NCBI GenBank assembly: GCA_016204995.1 | Contig: JACQJR010000001.1 | Coordinates: forward strand, 305,132-369,131 | Length of the DNA stretch: 64,000 bases | Origin: Candidatus Microgenomates bacterium | Lineage (GTDB): Bacteria; Patescibacteriota; Microgenomatia; UBA8517; JACQJR01 | Direction of reading: 5' to 3' | Notes under the pieces: model-generated | The model's database searches: none | What the model was told of the DNA's origin: nothing | What the model saw: only the letters and a program-made list of their open reading frames with translations | Position numbers and translations under genes: made by a program | Shown here: positions 49,034 to 58,399 of the stretch, piece by piece | How the letters are laid out: every line of letters starts with the position of its first letter | Position numbering within the stretch: position 1 is the first letter of the stretch

Positions 49034-49468
49034 CTAATCTTTAAGATATTTCTTAATCACCGACCAGTTAAAACCTCGGAAGGCTAAAAAGGCGATGGTT
49101 TTCTTTTTGCGAGTTTCCGGCTCCAGTTTACTCCAGCTTTTTTTCTTTTTTTCCATTAACCGCCAGACTAATTCTTCTTCATTTAAATCTGCCTCTCCCA
49201 CTATTTGCCGGGCCAGTTCTTTATCTACTCCCTTTTTTAATAGTTCCAAGACTAATAATTTGGGGGCTTTGGGGCGAAAGGTGGTTCTTTGTTCAATCCA
49301 CCAACGGCAAAAATTTTCATCATTAATCAACTGGGCTTTTTTAAGTTCGGAGAGGGCTACTTCACTATCTTTTTCCTCAATTTTTTTGCGGATTAGCCAA
49401 CGTTTAACTTCAAATTCAGTCCGAGGACGGATGGTGCTAAATTTAATGAGGCGGTCCAAAACTTCCAT
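49034..49468 (-). CDS. recX: recombination regulator RecX
   Basis: 144 aa, three-helix repeats, position downstream of recA. Confidence 0.8.
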   Translation of the reverse strand: MEVLDRLIKFSTIRPRTEFEVKRWLIRKKIEEKDSEVALSELKKAQLINDENFCRWWIEQRTTFRPKAPKLLVLELLKKGVDKELARQIVGEADLNEEELVWRLMEKKKKSWSKLEPETRKKKTIAFLAFRGFNWSVIKKYLKD

Positions 49469-49633
49469 GAGAAGTTAAATTCTAAGCATCAAATCCGAAA
49501 TCCCTACCTGCCTTGCCTGCGCAAGCAGGGCAGGTAGACCAAACAATATCAAATGTCCAAAATCTTAATGTTTAAAAAATTTAAATGTTTATATTTATAA
49601 TTTGTTTCGTGCTTCGAAATTCGTGCTTCGGAT

Positions 49634-50713
49634 TTACTGAGATTTTTCCTCTCCGTTTCCTTCAGTTTCTACTTCACCAATTTTATTGGGCATTTTTTTA
49701 CTTTCACTGGCAGCTTTTCTGACTTTTTCTTCCACTTCTTTGGCTACTTTAGGATGTTCTTCCAAAAAAGCTTTAGCTGCTTCCCGGCCTTGAGCGATCA
49801 CTTGAGTGCCTGACTTATAAAATGAACCTTGTTTGGAAATCACGCCAAGTTCTACTGCGACATCCAATAAACCACCCATCTTTGAAATACCACCTTTATT
49901 CATAATGTCAAATTCCGCCACGCGGAAAGGAGGGGCTACTTTATTTTTAACCACTCTGGCCCGATGACGGGAACCAATCACTAATTCCCCTTCTTTAATA
50001 GTATCTATTTTCCGGCAATCAATCCGCACTGATGCATAAAACTTTAAAGCCAAACCGCCCGGGGTTGTTTCCGGATTGCCAAACATCACCCCAATTTTTT
50101 GCCGTAATTGATTAGTAAAAATGACAATTGTTTTGGATTTGGAAATAGCGCCAGTTAGTTTCCTTAAAGCTTGTGACATCAGTCTGGCTTGAACGCCAAT
50201 CATAGCATCTCCCATTTCTCCCTCCAGTTCCGCCCGAGGAACCAGGGCGGCGACTGAATCAATTACTACTACATCCAGAGCGCCGGAGCGCACCAAAGTT
50301 TCCACAATTTCTAAAGCCTGCTCGCCTGTATCCGGCTGGGAAATTAGTAAATCATCTAAATTAACACCAATCGCTTCAGCGCGGGAAGGATCAAGGGCGT
50401 GTTCAGCGTCAATAAAAGCCACCGAACCACCCATTTTCTGGGCTTCGGCAATAACATGCAAAGCCAAAGTGGTTTTACCGGAGGCCTCTGGTCCATAAAT
50501 TTCAATAATTCTGCCCCTGGGCAAACCACCCACACCTAAAGCCAAATCCAGAGCGATGGAACCAGTAAGAATGACATCAATTTTTAGCCTGGAAGATTCG
50601 TCGCCTAATTTCATGATGGAGCCCCGGCCCCATTGTTTTTCAATCTGCTCAATGGCCAATTTGATGGCGTCAAATTTAGTTGGTTGTGCCGTTGCCATAC
50701 TTTTCTTGTACAA
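49634..50713 (-). CDS. recA: recombinase RecA (true start probably Met at 50698)
   Basis: Walker [10 protein letters not shown]; L1/L2 loops; C-terminal acidic tail. Confidence 0.97.
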   Translation of the reverse strand: MYKKSMATAQPTKFDAIKLAIEQIEKQWGRGSIMKLGDESSRLKIDVILTGSIALDLALGVGGLPRGRIIEIYGPEASGKTTLALHVIAEAQKMGGSVAFIDAEHALDPSRAEAIGVNLDDLLISQPDTGEQALEIVETLVRSGALDVVVIDSVAALVPRAELEGEMGDAMIGVQARLMSQALRKLTGAISKSKTIVIFTNQLRQKIGVMFGNPETTPGGLALKFYASVRIDCRKIDTIKEGELVIGSRHRARVVKNKVAPPFRVAEFDIMNKGGISKMGGLLDVAVELGVISKQGSFYKSGTQVIAQGREAAKAFLEEHPKVAKEVEEKVRKAASESKKMPNKIGEVETEGNGEEKSQ

Positions 50714-50743
50714 CTATTTCGGGTATAATTCAAGTAGGGATTT

Positions 50744-50817
50744 CGGGGGATAGCTCAGATAGCCAGAGCACTCGCATGGGGTGCGAGAGGTCGCCGGGGC
50801 GGAATCGGCTCCCCCGA
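50744..50817 (+). tRNA. tRNA-Pro (anticodon GGG)-like, atypical T-loop, CCA not encoded
   Basis: acceptor CGGGGGA/TCCCCCG; D-arm TAGCTCAGAT..GAGC; anticodon arm CTCGC-ATGGGGT-GCGAG with G37. T-loop reads GGCGGAA instead of TTCGAAT. Preceded by TATAAT at 50724. Confidence 0.55.
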
Positions 50818-50835
50818 CTGATAGAATTCCTGCCT

Positions 50836-51666
50836 ATGCGTTGTAGTTATTACCAAAAGTTGGTATATAGAAGTAAAGGACGCCTTAATGAATCTAAAAA
50901 GTTTGGCTGGAGAACCTACTGTTCGGCTAATTGTCAATCCCAAGCTCGAAGCAAACAACAAATATTAAAATGCTCCAATGCCAATTGCGGCCAACTATTT
51001 AACAGAAGTCTTAGCGCCATTAAATCTGAGTTGGCTTATTGCTCACAAAGGTGCTCCGCAATCATCAATAACTCTAAATTTCCCAAAAGAAAAGCCTTAA
51101 TCAAAATTTGCCAATATTGCGGCAAAGATTTTAGTGGGTTGGAAAAATATTGTTCCATGATCTGTAAAAATAAAAGTCAGACTATTAATAAACAGGAAAT
51201 TATTACACAAATTAAAGAATTCTATTTAAAAAATGGGCGCGTGCCGTTTAAAAACGAATTTAACCACTATAGTGCAGCCCGAAGGCGTTTTGGTACTTGG
51301 AATAATGCCATAATAAATGCAAATTTTGATCCAAATCCAGTTAAATTTTCCAAAAAACATCTAGCCAAGGATGGGCATAAATGTGACTCTTTAGCAGAAA
51401 AAATAATTGATGACTGGCTTTTTAAGAAAAAAATATCTCATATGAGAAATACTCCTTATGGTAAAAATAATATGAACGCTGATTTTGAAATAAATGGGGT
51501 TTTAATTGAGTTCTTTGGATTAAGCGGAGAATTAAAAGAATACGACAGATTAGTTAGGAAAAAGAAAAAGCTTTGGAAAAACAATAAACTAAAGGCCATT
51601 GCCATTTACCCCCAAGATTTGTTTCCCCAAAATAGGCTTGGGATTATCCTTAGAGAATTTCTATAG
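50836..51666 (+). CDS. zinc-ribbon-repeat protein with C-terminal DUF559/Vsr-like PD-(D/E)xK endonuclease domain
   Basis: five CxxC-type pairs in the N-terminal half; C-terminal SLAEKIIDDWL...ADFEINGVLIEFFG...YDRLVRKKKKLW matches the DUF559 pattern. ORF-track start 50680 reads through the tRNA and is rejected. Confidence 0.5.
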   Translation: MRCSYYQKLVYRSKGRLNESKKFGWRTYCSANCQSQARSKQQILKCSNANCGQLFNRSLSAIKSELAYCSQRCSAIINNSKFPKRKALIKICQYCGKDFSGLEKYCSMICKNKSQTINKQEIITQIKEFYLKNGRVPFKNEFNHYSAARRRFGTWNNAIINANFDPNPVKFSKKHLAKDGHKCDSLAEKIIDDWLFKKKISHMRNTPYGKNNMNADFEINGVLIEFFGLSGELKEYDRLVRKKKKLWKNNKLKAIAIYPQDLFPQNRLGIILREFL

Positions 51667-51685
51667 TGAATATTCTATTCCGCTT

Positions 51686-51880
51686 TTATTTTTTAGTCTT
51701 TTTGAATATTAGCCCCACTCCTATTACTAAAAATACTAAAAACGTTACACTATCTGTTAAGAGATGTCCACGTTCTCCCCCTTCACCCCAAATAATCTCC
51801 ATTACTACGTCGTTAAGATAATAACCTGCTACTATTCCTAACGCAAACATGCTTAATTTTAACTTTTTTTCTGCATCCAT
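51686..51880 (-). CDS. small membrane protein
   Basis: 64 aa, two hydrophobic helices. Confidence 0.3.
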   Translation of the reverse strand: MDAEKKLKLSMFALGIVAGYYLNDVVMEIIWGEGGERGHLLTDSVTFLVFLVIGVGLIFKKTKK

Positions 51881-51950
51881 TTATAAACACCTCCTATCAT
51901 CATCCTAATTCTAAACTACTAAAAAAGCAAGACATTCTTTATTAACCATT

Positions 51951-52700
51951 TTATTTAATATAGATTAGAGAACCGAAACGACCAGTTGGACCTTCTTTTC
52001 TTTCTGAAAAAAACTCACTTGAGTTATCATAAGTACAAACTCCGGAAATTTCAATATTTTTCTCTTTAACCCCTGTTTCAATTAATTGAAACTTATTGGC
52101 AAGGGGTAAATCTAGGCGAGCATGACTATCTCGTTCATTTGAAAAGAGTTTGTCTGCATATTTAAATTTGTATTTAAATTGTTCTATGACTGGCGTATCT
52201 ACTTCATAGCAACAAGAACCAATCGCCGGCCCCATACCCACTAATAAATCAGCCGGATTGCTACCAAAATGATCTTGCATATGATTAACTGTAATTCTGG
52301 TAATTTCTTGCACCGTTCCCTTCCAACCGGCATGGACTAAACCCACTATTTTTTTCTTTTGATCAATTAAAAAAATGGGGACGCAATCTGCTGTTCTAAT
52401 GAAAAGGGGAGTATTTTTATCTGCAGTTATTAAAGCATCTGTTTTTAAAATTAAATCGCCGCGATCAACACTTCCGACAATTGCCACATGATTACCATGC
52501 ACTTGCTCGGCATCTACTACACCACTATCTGCTATATCAATTTGAGCCAAGGGCTCATCGTCCTCTGGACGAGATTGCCCTATGGACGAAAAGAATTTTT
52601 TTCTGTTTTCTTTAAGACGAATATCGCCATCGGCTTTTATAGAGACGGCATAACCAACCCAAGAAATTGGCTCAAAAATTTTAAATTTAAGAGGAGACAT
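51951..52700 (-). CDS. pgeF: peptidoglycan editing factor / purine nucleoside phosphorylase YfiH (DUF152)
   Basis: VGLVHAGWKGTV and C...H motifs. Confidence 0.85.
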   Translation of the reverse strand: MSPLKFKIFEPISWVGYAVSIKADGDIRLKENRKKFFSSIGQSRPEDDEPLAQIDIADSGVVDAEQVHGNHVAIVGSVDRGDLILKTDALITADKNTPLFIRTADCVPIFLIDQKKKIVGLVHAGWKGTVQEITRITVNHMQDHFGSNPADLLVGMGPAIGSCCYEVDTPVIEQFKYKFKYADKLFSNERDSHARLDLPLANKFQLIETGVKEKNIEISGVCTYDNSSEFFSERKEGPTGRFGSLIYIK

Positions 52701-53110
52701 TAACGTTTTGGGCTTTGTTTTTGACGTCGCGCTTTGCCACCGGTACCCACTTTGCGACGTTCGCGAATCCTAGGATCACGTTTCAAAAGGCCTGCTTTTT
52801 TTAATTTAGGCCTAAAATTTTCTACATCTTGCAAGGATAGCGCTCGCGCTATGCCGTGAACGACAGCTTCCAATTGAGAATTCTTACCACTGCCTACAAC
52901 TTTCGCAGTAAACCAATATTTATCTCCTCCATCTATTACCGACAATGGCTTGGCTAAAAGGATTTTTGCCAAACTTCCCGGAAAATATTTTTCCGCCGGC
53001 TGTCCATTCACCAAGCTTTCCCCTTGACCAATATATAATCTAACCCGAGCTACCGCCTCTTTTCTACGACCGACTGCTGCTTGATAATCTTTATTTTGAA
53101 TTTTAGCCAT
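52700..53110 (-). CDS. rpsI: 30S ribosomal protein S9 (start trimmed to MAKIQNK)
   Basis: C-terminal GGKARRQKQSPKR. Confidence 0.9.
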   Translation of the reverse strand: MAKIQNKDYQAAVGRRKEAVARVRLYIGQGESLVNGQPAEKYFPGSLAKILLAKPLSVIDGGDKYWFTAKVVGSGKNSQLEAVVHGIARALSLQDVENFRPKLKKAGLLKRDPRIRERRKVGTGGKARRQKQSPKR

Positions 53111-53111
53111 T

Positions 53112-53555
53112 TTAGTTTGTTTCGGATTTCGTGCTTCGTGCTTCGAATTTATTCGTATAAGGATGTTCTTTGCTAGCAAATACTTTAAGTCTAGCCATTC
53201 TAATTCCTTTCAAGCGATTATCAGGTAGCATGCCGGAAACTGCATGTTCAATAATTCTTTCTGGGTGAGTTTGTTTTAACTCGCTAAATTTGGTCTTATG
53301 TAAACCTGATGGGTAACCAGAATAACGGGTGTAAGTTTTTTGCTCTGCCTTTTTACCAGTTAATAATACTTCCTTGGCTTCTGTGACTACCACATAATCT
53401 CCGCTATCTAAATGAGGCACATAAGTCTTTTTATGTTTGCCTATTAATAAACGGGCTATTTCTGTAGCCATTCGGCCTAATACCTGACCGCGAGCTGTAA
53501 TTAAATGCCATTCCTTTTTAATTTCCTTGGCTTTTGGTTGGTAGGTAATATTCAT
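53112..53555 (-). CDS. rplM: 50S ribosomal protein L13 with repeat-derived C-terminal tail
   Basis: L13 N-terminal motifs; tail KFEARSTKSETN encoded by the TTCGTGCTTCG repeat. Confidence 0.9.
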   Translation of the reverse strand: MNITYQPKAKEIKKEWHLITARGQVLGRMATEIARLLIGKHKKTYVPHLDSGDYVVVTEAKEVLLTGKKAEQKTYTRYSGYPSGLHKTKFSELKQTHPERIIEHAVSGMLPDNRLKGIRMARLKVFASKEHPYTNKFEARSTKSETN

Positions 53556-53965
53556 TTAACATCCTCCTTCTTGATGCTTTTCTTGGGTTTAGACTGTTCT
53601 ACTTGTCTATCTCTACTCCAAGTCAATTTTACCATCATGGCTTTGTCTCCTTGCCTAACTCCCAATCTAGCCATTTTAGTAAAACCACTATTTAATCCCT
53701 TAAAACGAGCACTAGTTTCTTTTAAAAGTTTATCTATTGCTACTTTGTCTTGAGCTAACTCTTTTTCCAACTGCACCCGGCTGACCAAGGTATCTTTTTT
53801 AGCTTTAGTTACCAAAGTATCTAACCAACCTTTGATAGATTTAGCTTTAGGTAAAGTAGTTTCCAACTGGTCGTTTTTAATAAAAGAGGTAGCCAAAGAA
53901 CGAAAAAGGACCTGCCTTGCCCCTTTATCCCTGGAGAACTTTCTGCCAAAAACACGCTTTTTCAT
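53552..53965 (-). CDS. rplQ: 50S ribosomal protein L17
   Basis: MKKRVFGRKFSRDKGAR N-terminus. Confidence 0.9.
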   Translation of the reverse strand: MKKRVFGRKFSRDKGARQVLFRSLATSFIKNDQLETTLPKAKSIKGWLDTLVTKAKKDTLVSRVQLEKELAQDKVAIDKLLKETSARFKGLNSGFTKMARLGVRQGDKAMMVKLTWSRDRQVEQSKPKKSIKKEDVK

Positions 53966-53967
53966 AA

Positions 53968-54879
53968 TTAAGGAAATTGTATGCCATGTTCACCTAAAGC
54001 TGCCGAAATGACTTTGATTGATTTTTCTCCCAGGTTGCGCACCCGTGCCAACTCTTGCGGATTTGCCGAAACCAACTGTCCCACATTTTCGTATCCGCCA
54101 CGCACTAGAGCGTTGGCGATCCGAGCTGGCAAATTTAGTTCTTCTACTGATAAATTAGCCAAAGTTGGAGCAATTTTGGGCTTTTCCACTACTTCCTCGT
54201 CATTCTTAACTTGGGGAGATACTATTTGATTAAAATAAGTTGCTAAAATTTCCGCTGACTTTTTAATAGCCTCGCCTGGCGTGATCGTGCCATCGGTCCA
54301 CAGCTCTAAAATTAATTTATCGTAATTGGTTAACCGTCCTACCCGCGTCGCTTCCACCCGATAATTGACCCGGGTAATCGGAGAAAAAATCGCATCCACC
54401 GGAATAACCCCTAAAGTAGCGAGATGACGATCTTCGGCCGGGGAAAAACCAATGCCACTTTCCACTTGAAACTCGGCCGAGAGTTTACTATCGCGGCTGG
54501 CTAAGGTGGCTAACACCAAATCAGGATTGGCGATTTTGATTGTCTCCGGTCTCTTAATATCAGCGGCCTTAACTTCGCCTGGCCCTTTTTTCTCTAAAGT
54601 CAATTTGGCTGGTCCTGTGCCTGTATAATTAATCCTCATCTTTTTTAAATTTAGTAAAAACTCAATGACATCTTCTTTAAGGCCGGGAATAGTAGAAAAA
54701 GGATGTTTAACTTTATCAATTTTAACCGAGGTAATAGCGCTGCCCGCTAGACTGGTTAAAAGCACCCGACGAAGAGCGGTGCCCAAAGTTGAGCCATAAC
54801 CTTGTTCTAATGGTTCAATGGCAAACCGACCATAGTCCGGTCTTTCCTCGTCTTTTTTAATAGTAAAAAGCAAATCCAT
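53968..54879 (-). CDS. rpoA: DNA-directed RNA polymerase alpha subunit (short form)
   Basis: N-terminal dimerisation domain and C-terminal domain; position in the alpha operon. Confidence 0.9.
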   Translation of the reverse strand: MDLLFTIKKDEERPDYGRFAIEPLEQGYGSTLGTALRRVLLTSLAGSAITSVKIDKVKHPFSTIPGLKEDVIEFLLNLKKMRINYTGTGPAKLTLEKKGPGEVKAADIKRPETIKIANPDLVLATLASRDSKLSAEFQVESGIGFSPAEDRHLATLGVIPVDAIFSPITRVNYRVEATRVGRLTNYDKLILELWTDGTITPGEAIKKSAEILATYFNQIVSPQVKNDEEVVEKPKIAPTLANLSVEELNLPARIANALVRGGYENVGQLVSANPQELARVRNLGEKSIKVISAALGEHGIQFP

Positions 54880-54938
54880 GAAAAAAACCCTTACGGGTTA
54901 ACAGTAATTGTATAACACCTGGTTAAAATAATCAAGCA

Positions 54939-55538
54939 TCACCTAGAGAAATACTCAATTATGGTTTGTTCCTCAATCGGCTCTACTACGTCTTCTCTAA
55001 CAGGCAAACGCACTACTTTACCAATAGTTGCCTGCCGGGCCAGCCAACTCGGCAAAGCCTGATTCTCATCATTGATGGTGACTGCCACATGGGGAATTTT
55101 TTGCGCTTTGGGGGTCAAACTAATCACATCATCCGGACACACCTGGTAAGAAGGAATGGTCACTCTTTTGTTATTAACAAAGACGTGGCCGTGGCTAACC
55201 AGCTGACGGGCCAAATTTCTAGTTTTAGCCAAATTCAAACGATAAACGACATTGTCTAACCTTCGCTCTAACAGGGAGAGCAAAATTTCTCCGCTATTGC
55301 CTCGCAAACGAGTAGCCCGTTCTACGTAATTTTCAAATTGTCTGCCTAAAACTCCATAAATTCTTTTCACTTTTTGGGTCTCCCGTAATTGCCGGCCATA
55401 CTCGCCCATTTTGCGACTTCCTTTTGGACCATGCATACCCGGCGGCACACCCAAACGAGTCAATTTGGCTCCCTTGCCAAACAAATCCACGCCTTCTCGA
55501 CGAGACAATCTGTCTTTTGGTCCAGTATAGCGTGCCAT
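54939..55538 (-). CDS. rpsD: 30S ribosomal protein S4
   Basis: MARYTGPK start, S4 domain. Confidence 0.9.
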   Translation of the reverse strand: MARYTGPKDRLSRREGVDLFGKGAKLTRLGVPPGMHGPKGSRKMGEYGRQLRETQKVKRIYGVLGRQFENYVERATRLRGNSGEILLSLLERRLDNVVYRLNLAKTRNLARQLVSHGHVFVNNKRVTIPSYQVCPDDVISLTPKAQKIPHVAVTINDENQALPSWLARQATIGKVVRLPVREDVVEPIEEQTIIEYFSR

Positions 55539-55540
55539 AA

Positions 55541-55924
55541 TTAGGCCCTTCTCCTTTTCTTGGGACGAACACCATTATGAGGAATTGGCGTAGTATCGGC
55601 AATCAAAGACATGGAAAGTCCTGATGCACGAATGGCACGAAGCGCGGCATCACGACCAGGCCCGGGACCTTGCACAAAAATAGCTACTTCCCGCATCCCT
55701 TGATCGCGAGCCTGACGGGCCACTTTTTCCACTGCGCTCGTTGCAGCATAAGGAGTAGACTTGCGGGTTCCCTTAAAACCGGCCTTACCAGCGCTACCGC
55801 CAATTAACACGTTACCATTTTCATCTGTCAAAGATACCAGAGTGTTATTAAAAGTGGCTTTGATATAAATATTGCCTCTTTCTGGAAAAATCGCTGTTTT
55901 TTTCTTTTTAGCCTCTTTTGCCAT
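55541..55924 (-). CDS. rpsK: 30S ribosomal protein S11
   Basis: S11 signature, operon position. Confidence 0.9.
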   Translation of the reverse strand: MAKEAKKKKTAIFPERGNIYIKATFNNTLVSLTDENGNVLIGGSAGKAGFKGTRKSTPYAATSAVEKVARQARDQGMREVAIFVQGPGPGRDAALRAIRASGLSMSLIADTTPIPHNGVRPKKRRRA

Positions 55925-55926
55925 TA

Positions 55927-56343
55927 TTACTTTTTAACCTCCTCTTTACCTTTAGCTGTAGTTTGCTTAGCTAACATTTCTTTCTTAAAGGCGCCGACAG
56001 TCTTTCTCTTGCCACGTTTGGTCCTGGCATTGCTCCTAGTTCTTTGGCCCCTTGCTGGTAAACCTTTTTGGTGTCGGGTGCCCCGATAAGTTCCAATGGT
56101 AATTAAACGACTAATGTCTTCGCGCTCTTTTCGACGCAAGTCTCCTTCAATCGTCATCTCTTCCAATTTTTTGGTAATGGAATTAATATCTTCATCGCTT
56201 AAATCTTTTACTCTTTTTTCAGCCGGTACCCGGACGTCAGACAAGACCTTTTTACTCAAGGGCCAACCTACCCCATAAAGTAGAGTTAGGGCATAATCAA
56301 TTCGGACATTTCCCGGTAATTCTAAACCTGCAATTCTGGCCAT
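55927..56343 (-). CDS. rpsM: 30S ribosomal protein S13
   Basis: MARIAGLELP start. Confidence 0.9.
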   Translation of the reverse strand: MARIAGLELPGNVRIDYALTLLYGVGWPLSKKVLSDVRVPAEKRVKDLSDEDINSITKKLEEMTIEGDLRRKEREDISRLITIGTYRGTRHQKGLPARGQRTRSNARTKRGKRKTVGAFKKEMLAKQTTAKGKEEVKK

Positions 56344-56444
56344 AGCCCTCCTTTCAGTCGAGAATAAGTACCAATACTACAAATATCAAATTCCAAATGT
56401 TTTAATGATTGGTATTTATTGGTATTATTTGACATTGGTATTAT

Positions 56445-56558
56445 TTAGCCTTGGCGCTGCTTGTGTTTCGGATTAATACAAATCACGTAAAGAGTACCCC
56501 GCCGTTTAACGAGTTTACAATTTTTACACCTGGTTTTAACTGATGCTTGTACTTGCAT
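56445..56558 (-). CDS. rpmJ: 50S ribosomal protein L36 (37 aa; absent from ORF track because of the size cut-off)
   Basis: translation [37 protein letters not shown]; RBS AAGGAGAG upstream. Confidence 0.85.
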   Translation of the reverse strand: MQVQASVKTRCKNCKLVKRRGTLYVICINPKHKQRQG

Positions 56559-56647
56559 AGCTCTCCTTTCAGTCGAGAATAAATACCAATAATACCAATT
56601 TCAAATGTCCAATATTGGTATTTATTGGTACTTATTTGACATTGGTG

Positions 56648-56866
56648 TTATTTATATCTATATATTATTCTTCCTCTTGCTTTATCATATGGCGTCATTT
56701 CTAGTCGTACTTTATCGCCTGGTAAAATACGAATAAAGTTGCGACGCATTCTGCCGGCCACACTAGCTAATACCCTTGAACCATCCTCTAAATCTATTCT
56801 AAAAAGAGTATTGGGTAGGGCTTCCACAATCGTCCCGTCAACCTCAAATGTTCCTTGATGCATCAA
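56648..56866 (-). CDS. infA: translation initiation factor IF-1
   Basis: S1-like OB fold, 72 aa. Confidence 0.9.
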   Translation of the reverse strand: MMHQGTFEVDGTIVEALPNTLFRIDLEDGSRVLASVAGRMRRNFIRILPGDKVRLEMTPYDKARGRIIYRYK

Positions 56867-57614
56867 ATTTTGTCAGAATAACCGGTCCGCTATCTAAAAT
56901 AGCCACAGTCTCTTCAAACAGTCCTCCCATTTTACCATCTTTCGTGCCCACTGTCCAGCCATCAGAACCTATAATAAGATCTGCTTTGCCTTGAGTATAA
57001 ATTACTTCTATTGCTATCACCATGCCCGGCTTTAAAAGGGGAGTTTCTTCAATTTCGCCGCTCAAAAGACAAGGCACCATCGGATCCTCATGCAGACTTT
57101 TACCCACTCCATGACCACAAAATTCATGCACTGGGCTGTATCCCGCTTTCTCCAAATTTTGCTGAATAGCCCTGGAAATATGACCCACGCGATTCCCTAC
57201 TCGCGCTTGTTTAATAGCCAGTTCCAACGTCTTTTTGCCAGTATTAATAAAACGTTCCACTTCCAGATCCACCGGAGGAACTGCCACACTAATAGCGGCA
57301 TCACTGTTAAACCCCCGGTAAAAAATACCGACATCAATACTGATTTTATCGCCCGGCTCTACTACTTGCTCACCAGGAATTCCATGTAACAAACCGTCAT
57401 TTTTGTTAATACAGGTGGCCCACTTATAATCTCGTACCCGCCTAAATGCCGGCGTACCTCCTTCTTTTTCTATTTCGGCCGTTGCTATTTTGTCCAATTC
57501 GGCAAAGGTTACGCCGGACCTGACCTGCTCCACTACTTTCTGTCTGACTTTGGCGAGTTTCTGACCCGCCTCCTTCATAATGGCAATTTCGGTGGGAGTT
57601 TTAATATTAATCAT
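56844..57614 (-). CDS. map: methionine aminopeptidase type I
   Basis: metal ligands D..D..H..E..E; FCGHGVG motif. Confidence 0.9.
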   Translation of the reverse strand: MINIKTPTEIAIMKEAGQKLAKVRQKVVEQVRSGVTFAELDKIATAEIEKEGGTPAFRRVRDYKWATCINKNDGLLHGIPGEQVVEPGDKISIDVGIFYRGFNSDAAISVAVPPVDLEVERFINTGKKTLELAIKQARVGNRVGHISRAIQQNLEKAGYSPVHEFCGHGVGKSLHEDPMVPCLLSGEIEETPLLKPGMVIAIEVIYTQGKADLIIGSDGWTVGTKDGKMGGLFEETVAILDSGPVILTKFDASRNI

Positions 57615-58150
57615 GAAATTAGTTGAAGCTGACGCAGCTGGGCCAGAATATCTTGGGCAATTATTTCAATCGTCGGCTCGCCGTCAATCTCCAATAATTT
57701 ATTTTGCGCCCGATAAAAATCCAGAACCGGCGCAGTTTGGTCATGGTAAATTTTAAGCCTGCCCGTAATAATCTCTTCTGTATCATCTCCGCGCTTGCGC
57801 AGTAACAATCTTTTAATATTCTCGCTATCGCGAACTCTTAAATAAACTACCAAATCAGGAGTAAAGGGTAAATTTTGAGCTTGATAGAGAGTCCGCGGCA
57901 CTCCATCAATCACAAAACCCTTTGTGTATTCCTCTTTAACTAATTCCTCACCTAACAGCTTAAGCGTTAAATCATCGGGAACCAACTGGCCGCTTTGCAC
58001 GACTGCTTTTACTTGTTCATTGGCTTCGCTTAATCTGCGCAGTAAATCCCCCATTTCAAGATGAGGCAAGTGCAAATAATCAGCCAACAACTGGGCCTGG
58101 GTAGATTTACCCGACCCCACCGGCCCCATAAAAACAAATTTATGATTCAT
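57611..58150 (-). CDS. adk: adenylate kinase (short, no zinc lid)
   Basis: P-loop GPVGSGKST, operon position. Confidence 0.9.
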   Translation of the reverse strand: MNHKFVFMGPVGSGKSTQAQLLADYLHLPHLEMGDLLRRLSEANEQVKAVVQSGQLVPDDLTLKLLGEELVKEEYTKGFVIDGVPRTLYQAQNLPFTPDLVVYLRVRDSENIKRLLLRKRGDDTEEIITGRLKIYHDQTAPVLDFYRAQNKLLEIDGEPTIEIIAQDILAQLRQLQLIS

Positions 58151-58162
58151 ATTTTGGAAATT

Positions 58163-58390
58163 TTAAGCCGTGGCAAAACCTCTGACATGGAGGATTTCAT
58201 TTCTTTCTATTGGACGGATATCTGAATTAGTTAAAGTTAAAACAGCCACGGTTTTGCCTTTGGCTGTTATAAATTCTACCTCTACTGCCTTAGTTGGATA
58301 AACATGAACCACAGTTCCAACATCCCCTTTCTTGAGGCCATGTTTTTCAATATTATGATTCAGAACCGCTGTATCTAATTCCTCAAACAT
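58163..58390 (-). CDS. DUF4926 family protein
   Basis: 75 aa; LDTAVL...HGLKKGDVGTVVHVY...AVEVEF...KTVAVLTL pattern of DUF4926. Confidence 0.55.
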   Translation of the reverse strand: MFEELDTAVLNHNIEKHGLKKGDVGTVVHVYPTKAVEVEFITAKGKTVAVLTLTNSDIRPIERNEILHVRGFATA

Positions 58391-58399
58391 ATGCTTTTA

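Noticed and set aside
50680-50835. N-terminal 52 codons of ORF 50680..51666
   Set aside because: The reading frame runs through the recA start region and straight through the tRNA-Pro-like gene. The true start is taken as the ATG at 50836.
52700-53179. Long N-terminal extension of rpsI (MLAKNILIRINSKHEARNPKQTK) and of rplF (62917..63558)
   Set aside because: The extensions overlap the upstream gene's 3' end or repeat DNA, and canonical S9 and L6 N-termini begin at the internal Met. The features were trimmed.
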